The position numbers and the translations under genes are program-made. From Camelus ferus (Eukaryota), in the NCBI RefSeq assembly GCF_009834535.1, contig NC_045698.1:14076001-14140000 (forward strand): 64,000 bases of DNA. Direction: 5' to 3'. The first letter of the stretch is position 1. Each line of letters opens with the position of its first letter. Shown here in pieces: positions 25,380 through 38,000 of the stretch. The notes below the pieces were generated by a model. That model worked only from the letters and a program-made list of their open reading frames with translations. It was not told the origin of the DNA and searched no databases.

Positions 25380-25545
25380 CATAGCAGAATGAAGGTCAAG
25401 AGCCTAGTTCTGGTGGCACAATTTCTGAGTTTTCATTAGATATTTATACTTACTTGTCCTGTGATCTGTTATAAGTTACTTAACCTCTCTGTGGCTCAGT
25501 TTCCTCCACGGTTAAATGAGGATGAAAACAATTCTACCTAACCGC
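25380..25545 (+). mobile_element. MIR SINE
   Basis: 'aagttacttaacctctctgtggctcagtttcctc'. Confidence 0.8.
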
Positions 25546-25999
25546 TAGGTGTGCTTGGCCAACTCCATTCCTAATGACATAAATGATTTTTCTCCTAGTT
25601 CTGATAAAACTGCTGAAGACAGAGTAAACCTTCCTATAACTTCAACCATTACTCAGATATCAAGAAAGCTTTAGAAGAACAGATTTTTATGTTGTGTTGC
25701 CCACATATAGAAATAATATATCAATATTTGTTTGTATAAAATATTTAATTTCACTAAATGCCTCTCTACTCTTGGGAGTAGTTTAGTGTTTTGTGAGACT
25801 TTTGAATGTGACATCTGATTCACAAACATCAAATCCTTTAAGTAAAAGTTCTTGGCTGCTCCAAGCTGCATCAACTCTGTTTCTGCCTAATTAGTAGGGA
25901 CAAATCTTGATAAAACCTTTTGAAAGGTTTTGCTGGTTCATGCACCAGAATTATAAATTAATCTGCTCACTCCCATATGTACCACGAAGGCAGGAGTCA

Positions 26000-26130
26000 G
26001 CAGTGGAAAGAACATGAAACTGAGAATCCGATAGGCTTCTGTCCACGTCCTGACTCCACCATTTGTTAATAAGACACACAGATAAGAAGTCTCTTAACCT
26101 CTCTGAAATGGGTTCCATAGATATGGATGT
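26000..26130 (+). mobile_element. MIR SINE fragment
   Basis: 'agtggaaagaacatg...cctgactccaccatttg...ctcttaacctctctga'. Confidence 0.6.
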
Positions 26131-28034
26131 AGAAAGAATGGACCAGACAAAATGAAATCGTGGAAGACATAAATTAACATTTATAAAACTCATATATCTA
26201 CATATTATATTAGGCATCTTCAATTTTCAAAGCAGCAAGAGTGAAGAGGGGGCCATGATTAGATTTTAAATAACCACATTCTACAGTAACCCATGTGTAC
26301 TGGCTATTGCTCTTACATTCCAAACTTAACACCACTGCAGTGAGGAATTTCTGGGTGATAAAGCCAAACATTTCTTTCATCAAGGAAAGCTCATTTACCA
26401 GACGGGACTACTTTCAGTTCTGTCATTACTGCTCCTTTTCCTCTGCCCCTCTCCACGTGCTTTTAGGAACAGTTCTGTTTCATTGGTTGAAGCCTGCGAA
26501 AGTCTTATCTCTACGTACCATGATTACCTTGGCACATTGTATAATATCATGACATGGAATACAAATAATTAAAACCTACTTGAATTTTATAAGGCTGGAA
26601 GACATTTACTGGAGAATGCTAGGAGTTCTTTGTGCATAATGTACCTTTCATGCATGTTAAATTATTTATACATTATTAACATTAAAATATTCTGTACTAT
26701 TTATTGAGTGCCTACTCTTTGCCAGATACAATCCTGTTACCTTTTTATTCAGAAATCATATAGATAGCTATTATTTTCTTCATTTTATAGATGAGTAAAA
26801 ATTTATTATATTTTGAGGGTTGTACTCAAAAAGCTTATTCATTTACTCATTCAATATTCATTAAATTTTAATTATGTGTCATATGTATAACACTAACTTT
26901 TTAAAACATATCTATGTTTTTTTAAAATGCATAGCCTATGTTTTCTAAAGATTATAATATATTTAAATGGAGAAAATATACACTAAAAAACTATGTTTAA
27001 AAGAGTACAAATTTTTTTAAAGTATATTTCCAAAATTTATACTACAGACAGTAATTAGGAATCTTCTGGAAATGTAATGATTTTCATTCTCTACAAGCCA
27101 AGGATTCACCTTACAATATTCTGACAATAAACTCATGTGTAGATGGGCAATAGAAATTCAGATGTTTAGGGAGTCCGGTCAGCTGTAATTGACAGGTTTT
27201 GTGGATTTAGAGCTATTTTATACTTCTTCAGCACTAATCACACAATGTACAGTGCCAATTTAAAATATTTTATATTTAAGCATTTCATAGGCTCATTTTA
27301 TTTAGTCAAGGTTAAAGATGGATTCAATTCAGGTTAAACTGTTTTTAGATAATAGTTTAGGGGAAAAAGTGTCCTTTGATCAATAGATTTGGGGAAAATT
27401 TATTACATAAAGTTACCTTAAGAACTAAATGTCCAGCATTTAGTACATTATGATGAAATGTTTGTAAATCAATGAATGTTTTGATCTTGGGGGACAGAGT
27501 GAATTCATATGCTATTTGACAAGACAGAGGGCATGAGATGATGTTTATAACTTTGGGAGATCAAGAGAATAAAATATAATGAAATATTTCCCTCAATTAT
27601 TTGCAGACATAACCATACATCCACATAAATGTGTGCAGCATGTCACATCACTAGTGGTTTTCAAAACATACTTTGTGATATTTCGAGCTATTTTAGACCT
27701 CTAGGAAATGTTCTGTATACATTCTTATTAACCAAATATCTCTCTTCAATGTGTATTTCTTTCTGCAATTCAAATTATTAATTGCAACTATATATGGATA
27801 TATAATTAATTTATATACAATATATAATGCATATTATGTTTTATACTCATATATATCCCACTATATATAATATGAGTTAATATATATTGAAACTGATTTC
27901 ATGTATTTAAAATCTGTCAAGATATGTAAACTGCATATAGGTTATATAATATTATATAAACAATGGCTTTAGAATTATATATATTATATACTATATATAA
28001 AATGTGCTTAGTTAAAAATATGTTCGTATGTTTA

Positions 28035-28512
28035 TTTAATTTTACATTGTAAAATACCATAGTACATAGAACAGTGTGAACAATAATATAACCATCATCT
28101 TTGAATCTGCTGCCCAATTTTAACAAAAGAAATGTTTTACCATATACATTTGTAAACATTTTTAAGATTAATTTATACTTCCTGAATGTAACTATGTTCA
28201 ACATTCTATGAATGTTTTATGCTTTTTATGGATACATCTGTACGCATAAGAAAATGCATGTTTTTTTCCTGTGCTCAAACATTTTTATTAAAAAGACATC
28301 ATTCTCCATGTAGCTTCCTGTAACTAGTTTCCAGTTAACATTATTTTCTGACAGTTGATCTTGTTGAGACATGTAAATCAGATCCTTTGACATTAACTTC
28401 GGTATGACAAGACTGTTATACAGCATAGCACCAGGCAAGATTGCACCATTTTATTCATCCTGCTTTCTTTGTCTTAGATTGTTTCAATGTTTTGGCTATT
28501 AAAGCAATGCTC
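28035..28512 (-). mobile_element. Ancient L1ME-type 3' fragment
   Basis: 'gattgtttcaatgttttggctattaaagcaatgct' and a diverged antisense 3' UTR pattern. Confidence 0.55.
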
Positions 28513-29039
28513 AAGTGGCGTCCAGTTGCACTTGCAGCAAAAATAATTTCTGCCCCAGCTGACCCTGCATTTGATGCTTACAGGAATGGCAGAGTCCATT
28601 TCTGAGCACTTTCCCAAGTGAAATCCCTGATTATCTACTGAGTTTCTTTCCTTGGGTCAGGCACTGAGCTGTGAGAATCCCACTGATTAATTAGACACGG
28701 AGCCTTCATGGAAAACATGCTGTAATAAGATGAGTGAGAGAAAGCAGATGAAGAGATGTATGGGGCACCATCAGGCTCCAAGAGGGACAGATCATTCCTT
28801 CAAGTTGAGGAACATAAAGTTTACTGTATATTTAGCAAAGTTTCTGGCATGTAGTAGGTGAGTAATATGCATATGTTTCATAAATAACCATGAAAACATT
28901 TTTAGAGTACTGTGAGTTTATATCAGAACACGCTGAACCTAAAGAACTTCACAAAAGCAAAGTGAAAATATCCAGGAGACTAATAAGTGCAAAAAGGGAC
29001 TTAAGAGAATCCTTCCTACTTCTTCCTTTTAACGCTGTT

Positions 29040-29368
29040 ATTTCCTGGGTTTTAGGTGGGCACATGATTATCTAGAACCTTGCAGAAGTGGTCTCAGGTA
29101 CTCAGCCTTCTTATATGGTCCCTGGCTTCTCCCAGAGTGAGTGTCTCAAGAGAACTGGGAGGAAACTGCATGACTTCTGCTGACCTGGCCTCAAAAGTCA
29201 CACAGCTTTCTGTTAGTCATCAGTGAGTCACTGAAGCCACCTTAGAATTAAGACTGAGTCACTGAGGCCAGCATGGAACAAAAACAGAATGAGTCACCAA
29301 AGCCAGTTTAGAATCATCTCTTAAAAAGAATGTCAAAGCATTTTCAGATAAATTTTAAAACTTCCATA
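29040..29368 (-). mobile_element. MLT1F/G-like LTR, 5' part
   Basis: 'tgtcaaagcattttcagataaattttaaaac' is the reverse of the MLT1F start; 'tgacctggcctcaaaagtcacacagc'. Confidence 0.7.
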
Positions 29369-29577
29369 GTCACAATGTGCATGCATGTGCGTGTCTATAT
29401 TTGTTGTTCGGATTGCTGTTTCACCTGTTTACTCATTGTCTGACTTACAGCTCCATTAACTCAGAGAGAATATTTATCTTTCTCACTGTTGTATCTCCAG
29501 CTTCTGTCAGAATGTATAAAATGAAACACAAAATGGTAACCATCCCATACAGATTTTGTGACTAAATGAAATAGAAA

Positions 29578-29847
29578 TATTTTAACCTGGCTTTTTCATC
29601 TATAAAATACAGAATTATAGAGATCAGAATGTTTTCATGAAGATAAAATGAGTTGATATGAGTAACAAAATGTATAATATACATAATTATATATAAATCA
29701 TATATATGTGTATCACATATATGATTATATATGATTTTATGTTTATATTTTTATATACATGATACATATATGTGATTTATATATGATTTTATATATATTA
29801 TACATTTTGTTACCCATATCAATTTATGTTGATTTTATATATATATA

Positions 29848-29888
<41 letters not shown>

Positions 29889-29937
29889 AAGCTCTTAGCC
29901 TAGGACATAGCAGGCATTTACTAAATGGTGGTTATTT
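29578..29937 (+). mobile_element. MIR split by an AT-rich palindrome and a (TATATG)n repeat
   Basis: 'tttcatctataaaat...gaagataaaatgagttgata' resumes after the repeat as 'aagctcttagcctaggacatagcaggcatttactaaatgg'. Confidence 0.65.
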
Positions 29938-30294
29938 CCAAAGTCTTGAAACTCTAAAATTGTCTTGATATAGTGAGTGTTCAATTAAAATTTGTTATAT
30001 TACTGGACTAGTTAAATAAAGACATGGAAATTAGGCCAAACATTGAACTTTGAAATGGCAGTAGGCTCACTCCTTTAGAAACATAAAGAAGCAGCCACTG
30101 TGTCTGAAATTGAGAATTCATGGAGGGAATACTGAGGAATAAAATCTTACCTGGACTTTCCCAGTATAATTACTAAAATTATTGTTATAATGGATAATAA
30201 CTTGAACTGTTGAAAGTGAAATATATCATTCTTTCCACATATATGCCCCCTTTTTTTGATCCAAATCACGTCTTTTATTTATTCCCTAAGTCAC

Positions 30295-30768
30295 TGCAGC
30301 TAAGTTAAATAAGCCAGATGCAGAAGAACAAATACTACATGATCCCATTTAGATGAGAAATTTATAATTGTCAAATTCATAGAAGCAGAGAGGAGAATGG
30401 TGGTTAGCAGGGGCTGGGGAGAGAGGGGCCCAGGGAGGTATTGGCCAAAGGGTACAAAGATTCAGTTATTCTAGGTGAATAAGTCCTGTAGGTCTGCTGT
30501 ACAGCACAGAGCCTGCAAGTGACAATACTGTACTGTATAGTTAAAGATTTGCTACGAGGGTGGGTTTTATGTTAATCCTCTTACCATACACAGGAAAATA
30601 CATAAAGTGGTCTGGAGGAAACTTCTGGAGCTTGTGCATATGTTCACGGCATTGATTTTGGCAACAGTTTCACAGGAGAACACTTCTTTCTAAAATCTGA
30701 CAATTTTATATGCTGAAGATGTACAGCTTTTTGTATGTCAATTATAATTCAATAAAATGTTTTTTTAA
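30295..30768 (+). mobile_element. L1MA/MB-type 3' UTR
   Basis: 'gtcaaattcatagaagcagagaggagaatggtggtt...gtatgtcaattataattcaataaa'. Confidence 0.85.
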
Positions 30769-30769
30769 A

Positions 30770-33530
30770 GACACAAAAGGTATAAAGAGTTTATACCAAT
30801 ACTTAAAACTTAAATTAAATTAAATATGAAGCAATATATCAAGCTTGCTTCAAGAAGAAATAGAAAGATATTTAATAAAGAAATTGATATGGATTCAAAA
30901 TCCTTAATGCAATGTAAATGCCAGGCACAAAGGTTTTCATTGTTTACTTTTTCATGCATTCAAAGAAGAATTAATACTATTATACACAACTTCTAAGTAC
31001 AATTATTATTTGGATTTCCAAATCTGACAAAGATATTAAATGAAAGAAAATTGTAGACAAATATTTTCCATGAATATTCTCAACAAAAATTCAGCACTAA
31101 ATAAAAGGCTAACACATAATGACTAAATAGTTTTATCCAAGAATGGGATGTGAGTTCAATATTTGAAAATCAATCAACATAGATCATCCCATTAAGTGAA
31201 TAAAGAATAAAAATCATATGAATACTCAATAGATGGAGAAAAAGCATCTGAAAAATTCAATATAGATGTAATAAAGTTGTCAAGAATTAAAAAGAAACAG
31301 AAATAACTCATCTTGACCCTGAGTTACCGCTAAAAACACACAGCTAAGAGTATACTGAATGATAAAGAACTAAATGCTTTCTCTTTAGGTTAAGGGAAAA
31401 GGCAAGAATATTAATTCTAATTATTTCTATTCAAAACTGCACTGGCAGTCTTCACAGAGAACATGAAAGTCTATTTAGAAAATTCTAAAGATCTACAAAA
31501 AAATCACCAAATTTAAGTGCATTTAGTAAAGTAACAATAATAATCAATATTTTTAAAAATGCATTTTCCATCTTTCAGCCAAAATTTATAAAATTATATC
31601 AAACAAAACAATACTATTTACAAAAGTATCAAGAAAGAAACATAATTAGAAAGAAATTTAAAAAGTGTTAAGATCTCTACACTGAAAACTATAATATATT
31701 ATCAAGAGAAATTAATTACAGAATATCCAAATAAATTAAGCATTATGCCATGTTAACAGATTTGAGGACTCAACATTGGCAAAATATCTTTGCTCTCCAA
31801 ATTCATATGTATATACAATTTAATAAAAATTTATATGCTTATATACTATATAATATATGCATACAAATGTGTATATTTATGAATACAAATTTAAAATCTC
31901 TGATTTTCACATAAAAATGTGAAGGCCTTGATTAGCCAAAACATTTGGGAAAAAGAAAAGAACAAATCTGGGGCACTTGAATATTAGGACTACCTGACTT
32001 CAAGACCTAGTCTTAAACTTACAGTAATCAAATATATGTCAATGAAATAGAAAAAAAGAGTTCAGAAAGAGACACACATATGTTCACCTAAGTTAGACAA
32101 AGTTAATAGAGAATATTCCTTCAACAAATGATAGTGTAACAACTAGAGATCTGTACAGAAAAAAAATTGAACAAAACCTGGTAAAAAAATCAGTTGAAAC
32201 TGAATCATAGATTTACAAAAGCTAAAACATCAACCATCTAAAAGAAAGTACATAGGCAAATTTTGAGGATCTTACAAGTAAATAATTCTGAGAAAGAACC
32301 AAAAAAAAAAAAAAAAAGAAAGAAAGAAAGAAAAAGCACTAACCACATAAAGTATGTGAATTAAATTTTTCAAACTTAAAAACTTCTCTTCAGATGCTAT
32401 TATTAAAATTAAAATATTAATCCTCATCCTAAGAGAAAACATTTTTAATGTATACATTTTTACAAAGATCTTATATCCAGAATCTATAAAGGATTCTTAT
32501 AATTCAATAATAACAAACTTCCTAAAAATATGCAGAATATGTGAATAGACACTTCATAGAAGATGTGTACACAGTATGTACCTGAAAAGATGTCAGCAGA
32601 GAAATTAAAACCACAATGAAACCCACTTTACATGTGTTAAAATAGCTAACGTAGGAGATAGGTATTTCCAAGTGAGGCTGCAGAACAGTGAGAACTGTCT
32701 TACGTAACTGTGAGAATGTGAAGTACGTATAACTCTTTTAGAAAATAGTTTGACAGTTTGCTATAAAATTAGACATACACTTACCATACGACCTAGAAAT
32801 TTCCCTTTACTCAAAGGAAGGAAAGTCATATGTCTGTAGAGACTCATATACGTACGGCCATAGCAGCTTTAGTCATATGAGCTCAAAACTGGGATCAACT
32901 CAAATGCTCATTAGCAGCTGAACTGATAAAAGTAATATCATCATAAACGGACAAAAGTAACAACAGGGCTAGCAACTGAAAACACTGATGATAAACTGAG
33001 CAAAACGATCTCAACACAACAGAGAATACACATCATGATTTCATTTATATGAAATTCTAGAATAGGCAAAAAGAATAAAAATTCTGTAGTGACAGAAAGC
33101 AGGTCAGTAGTTTTCAGGGGAGAGTGTTGGCCAAATGAAATACAATGTAGGCTACATATGGAATTTAATTTCTTCTATCAGTCACATGTAAAGAGTGTAA
33201 GAAACAGTGAACTTCATTTTAACAATAAATTCATTATCACTACTATACTAAAATATAATTTCTTTCTGTAATCAGAATTTTAAAAAAATATTAACTAGAT
33301 ATGTTACAGTATTTTTTCACACCAAGTCTTCAAAATCTGATTTTTATACTACAGATTTCAGTTTGAACTGGCAGCACTTCAGCTGTTCAGTAGACACTCG
33401 TGGCTACAGTACTGAACAATGCAATGCCATATTTGATCAAGGAAGTGGTTATTAGGGTGTAAACATCCATCAAAATTCACTGATGTTTATTCTTAAGTGT
33501 GTGAATATTATCACATATAAACCATGATGC
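30770..33530 (+). mobile_element. Old L1 ORF2 3' half and 3' UTR (interrupted by MER33)
   Basis: 'caatatttgaaaatcaatcaac', 'ctacctgacttcaagac', 'cacttaccatacgacctagaaatt'. Confidence 0.8.
33122..33423 (+). mobile_element. MER33 hAT-Charlie element
   Basis: 'ccaaatgaaatacaatgtaggctacatatg...caagtcttcaaaatctg...gtggctacagtactgaacaatgca'. Confidence 0.75.
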
Positions 33531-34104
33531 AATTATGAGTAAGTGGATAAAACACTGTGATGTTTGATTCTTGAAAAACTAGAAGGAAAATTGTCTACTG
33601 GAATGGAATTAAGATATACATATATATGAGAGAGAGAATTTAAGCTAGGAAGATAAAATCTCAAATCAGTAGGGGGAAAAAGTACTACGTAATTGCTTAA
33701 AATTGGTGCCAAAATAACTAAGTATTCCTTCCTTGGAAAAAAATAAAATTCTTCACACTATACCCACAATAATCCCACTGCATTAAAACTTTAAATATAA
33801 ATATTAAAGAATTAAAAGAAATATTGGTGGTTTGGAATTGGTCTTTTTAGTGTAATTCTATAGTCTATAAAGAAAACAACAGAAGGAAAGACTGATGATG
33901 GCCCCAAATTATGAAAATATCTTTACATCAATAACAACAACTATCACTAAAAGACTGAAAAAATAAACAGGCACAAAAGCCAAAGATTTTACCACTAAAT
34001 GGTAGATTTATTTTATATATATTTAATAATTCTAAAAAAATAGACGCAAGCATATAGAAAAGTGGTAGACAATTCAGAAAGAATAAATATAAGTAAATCA
34101 CAAG

Positions 34105-35045
34105 AATTTAATGTACAGCATGGTGACTATAGTTAATATTGTATTTCACATTTGAAACTTGCTAAGTGAGTAGGTCTTAGACGTTCTCATCACAAGAAAA
34201 AAAATTGCAACTGTGTGCTGGGAAACAAGCCTGCTGGAAAACAAGCCGCTGGGAAATGAACAGCTGGAAAACAAGCCGCACCTAAATTTCCATGAATTTA
34301 AAATACTATATTCACACTTGCTTGCTTCAAATGCACATGCTTGCTTCAAATGCACATGCTTACTTTGTTTTAATGTTTTACACACTAGATGACCTACAGC
34401 ACGTATTATGCTAAAGAAAATTTGTGGTGAGCAATCCTGAGATTGACCATAAAAGGGCATGAAGGAGGGCAGATATTTCCTTAGGGTGAAACAATGGAGG
34501 GTCCTGGAAAGCCAGATCATCCATTAACAGAACTTTGTTCTGGCATGAAAGCCTGCCCTTAAGCCCAGGGGAGATATTTGCTATCTCGAGATGTCCCTGG
34601 AGGCAATAACAGGATTGATTTAGAATTTCTGCATACCCTGAGGAGGGCGAGTGTTCCTGGAAGGGAAAGGCCTGAAATTAATCAGTTAACCAGCAAGCAG
34701 AACTTGAGGCTTATCGCATTGAACATCTAAAGCCCCGCCTCTTTGATCTCAATTTTTCTGAGCTGTATACTTCTAATAAATATGATGTTGACCAGCTTTC
34801 AGGACTCTGGATCCACGAGATCTTGAGTCCCCTGGTCCCATCTTTGCTCTTTACTCTGTCTCTTTGTTTCTTAAGTCTTGTGTCGCCCGTCTTCAGACAC
34901 GGTCCCAAGCTGCGTTGGACACAGCAACTGTGTATGGTGACAGATGTTAACCAGACATGTTGTGGTGATCATTTCACAATATATAGAAATATTGAATCTT
35001 TATGTTATACACTTGAAACTATTATATGTCAATTATACCACAAAA
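34105..35045 (+). mobile_element. L1MA9-like 3' terminal fragment split by the solo LTR
   Basis: 'aatgtacagcatggtgactatagttaa...ttctcatcacaagaaaaa' continues after 34932 as 'tatggtgacagatgttaac...tatatgtcaattata'. Confidence 0.85.
34216..34926 (+). mobile_element. Young ERVK/beta-like solo LTR, 711 bp
   Basis: Inverted termini tgctg...cagca; perfect 6-bp TSD actgtg (34210-34215, 34927-34932); aataaa at ~34775; CpGs retained. Confidence 0.88.
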
Positions 35046-38000
35046 TATATATATACACAATTACACACACATATATATGTATATATGTATATATAAATGG
35101 TCAGTATATAAAGAAAAACAACCAAAAAATATACAGTTTGAATTTGGACAGGTTGCACATTCTTGACCCATTCTTAAAGGTTTATACATTTGGCAATAGG
35201 TACCAAAAGCCATCAAACCATGTACAGTTCTTGAGCCAGCAAATTTACTTTCACAAAATGACTTACAGAACTGTTGAATAAAACAAAAAATGCTTGCCTC
35301 CACTCTAGGACACCACAGCCTTGTCTTTTTTTTAATTTTGAAAATAACCATATGTATTTCCACCTGCCTCGTTCACTTCAGATATTAAAATTGGTTCCTG
35401 TTCTAACTGGAATCCCCAGTCTGTTGTGTTGTTTGTGTCTTAATTTTCTGCCTTCTCTCTGGTTAACAGCCTCAACTGAGTCACTGTACTTTCACTGCAA
35501 TGTATTAGTTCTCATCACCCTTTCTTTCACTTCATTAATTTTAAAAAAAGTAATAACAACACTTTCTATCGACCAAAAGACTTTAAAGCACTTTATCTGA
35601 ACTAACTCATTTAATATTTTAAGCCACCTAAAAGACTGATATTACTACATATTATGAAGATAAATTAATATGAATAAAAAGTTAAATAAGTTGCCAATTA
35701 TACAGTTAGTAAATTGTTCATGTATATGAGACATGACTCCTGAATCTACACTCTCAAAATCATTGACACTTGTATCAGGTCCATAATACAATCCTTGCCA
35801 CATAAGAAGTATCAAATGAAAACAAAATTAAACTAAAGTCGGGTTGCAATGTTGGGTATACAGTGAGGTTCATTTCCATATTCTATATAATAATGAATTA
35901 TTGAAAACAAACAAAATGTTGAATAATACGTAACTAGTTAGATAAATTATGGTATATTTGAAAGTGGAATATTATCTAGCAACTAAAACTGCTATTGCAT
36001 CATTATGCTTATTGATGGAAAATTATTATATAAGTTTTCAAATTTAAAAAAGCAAACTAGAAATGATTTGGACAGGAATGACCCTATTTTTCAACACAAA
36101 TATGTATATAGGTACATAAAAAGCTCTATAATGGCACAGAAAAATGTTAGTGGAAAATATTTCCAAAACATAGTACAAAAGGTGATTTTAAAATGATTCT
36201 TTACTTTTTTCCTGCATTTTTCAATGCAGTTCCTAAAATGAATATATTTATTAGTTATAAAATGAAAATGAATAACATGTATTTGAAACATTATATCATG
36301 ACATAACTAACATAATCTGATGTAAATACAATGATCTTTTTTCAGTAAAGTTGAGAAACAGTAATAATGAACATTCAGTTCTGTTTTTGTATTTCAAAAA
36401 GCAGTGTAAAATACAGTGAAGCATGGGATGGACACTTGGCACATTTATAAGTAGAGCACTGCTCTCTCTAAAACATTAGGAACTAGAATGAACTCAGAAG
36501 GAAAAAATGCATAGCATTTATAGTTGGTCAAAATAGTATATTTTTCGTATAACAACCACCACCACAACAAAAAGAATAAGAAAAAAATCTTTTGGTCCCA
36601 GCTATCCATGGTACACTTTTAAGAATATATTAGTCTAGAAAAATCAATTAAGGAAAACAAAAAGAAAAATCAATAAAGCATGCTAAAAATAATGTACTAA
36701 GCCTTCAATTATTTCTAAATTCAGATGGCCCTGCTGTTTCCACGTTGATGTAAAAATGTCAACATGACAGACTCCTTAGTATGCACTGAGTGCTTTTCCC
36801 AAGTGGCCCATATTGCTGTATAATACATTAGTTTACTTTGTATTTGATTTTAGAGAAATTAACTGCTTCACCTACACATTTTGCAGCAAATCTATTAAAG
36901 TGAAAGTAATGTTATCTGGTTTGTTAATGAGGTTTGGGATTGCTACAACAGTGTTGGTCAACCAGTTCTACAAGACATTGATCTGTATCTCCAATCAATC
37001 TCCTTGATTATACAGACTAATCCTAAGAAGGAAAAATAGAATAACCTAAAATGAAATTCAAGTGAGGGGAAGAGGACAGCATAGTATAAGCTCCTGTAAG
37101 TTCTAAAATAACACCCCCACCAATGCTTCTAATATTACACACTTGAACTCTAATTCTCCCATGTGCTCACTGCACTCTGTATAGACCCTTAGCATCTCGC
37201 TTAACTATACCATGCACATTTAGTAATAGGCTGGCTAAGCTACAGCTAGAACTAACCTTAGAATCTCAGTGGGTTACCATGAGAGAGGTACAGTTCCAGC
37301 TCACAAAAAACCCGGCTTCTGTGTTGTAGTGGTTGGGAGGACAGACGGGGGTGGATTCTCTTGCAGCTCTGACATGACCTCGGGACTCAGGGCCCTCTGC
37401 TGGACCCTCTGCATCCCACAGGCAAGAGAAGAAAGTGCATTCGCTGGGGATGGGCCGTGAATGAATCCCTTCCATTCATATTCCATTTGAGTGAAATAAT
37501 TATAAATGCGAGTAGGACTGGGAAAAGTAGGCATGAGGGGCACCTCTATAGAGGAGAGCAAGAATTTTTGTGGGCAGCTAGCTGTCTCTGGCACAGCCCA
37601 TTTCACAAATCTAAGGTCTTTTCATCTTGGGCAGACCTCCAGAAGAGAAGAGATGTTTTATTTTTGCATATACCAAATAAGGATGGCACATGGCAATGCT
37701 TGCAAAATTTGTTTTCAAGTGAATCTTGGAATGTAAAAGAGTATTATGCTCATTAGTTGTCAAAATTACGGATATCTGTCTGTTACCACTTACTGTGATT
37801 TGGGTAAATACCAGTTGAGATCACTGGAAAATATCAGAACACTGCTGAGGGCAGCTTGCTGTTATAAGCTCTCAATAACTCTAGATTTATTCAACAGCAG
37901 AATTTTAATTATGTTTTGCATGTTATTATCTCACACAGAGACTTACAGTCACATCCAGGGCAATTTTTAAAAATAAATATGCTACACAGTAGTATCTAGA

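Noticed and set aside
26528..26575. Possible 48-nt minus-strand exon (VLIICIPCHDIIQCAK)
   Set aside because: Weak polypyrimidine tract and unrecognised peptide
34216..34365. Short spaced repeats resembling a CRISPR array
   Set aside because: Eukaryotic LTR U3 tandem repeats with no unique spacers and no cas genes
34823..35281. 152-aa ORF with a signal-peptide-like start
   Set aside because: Spans LTR U5, L1 3' UTR and a TA repeat with a TTG start; chance ORF
37301..37606. Cluster of overlapping 60-100 aa ORFs as a gene
   Set aside because: Explained by locally higher GC; no recognisable homology; kept only as a regulatory or first-exon candidate
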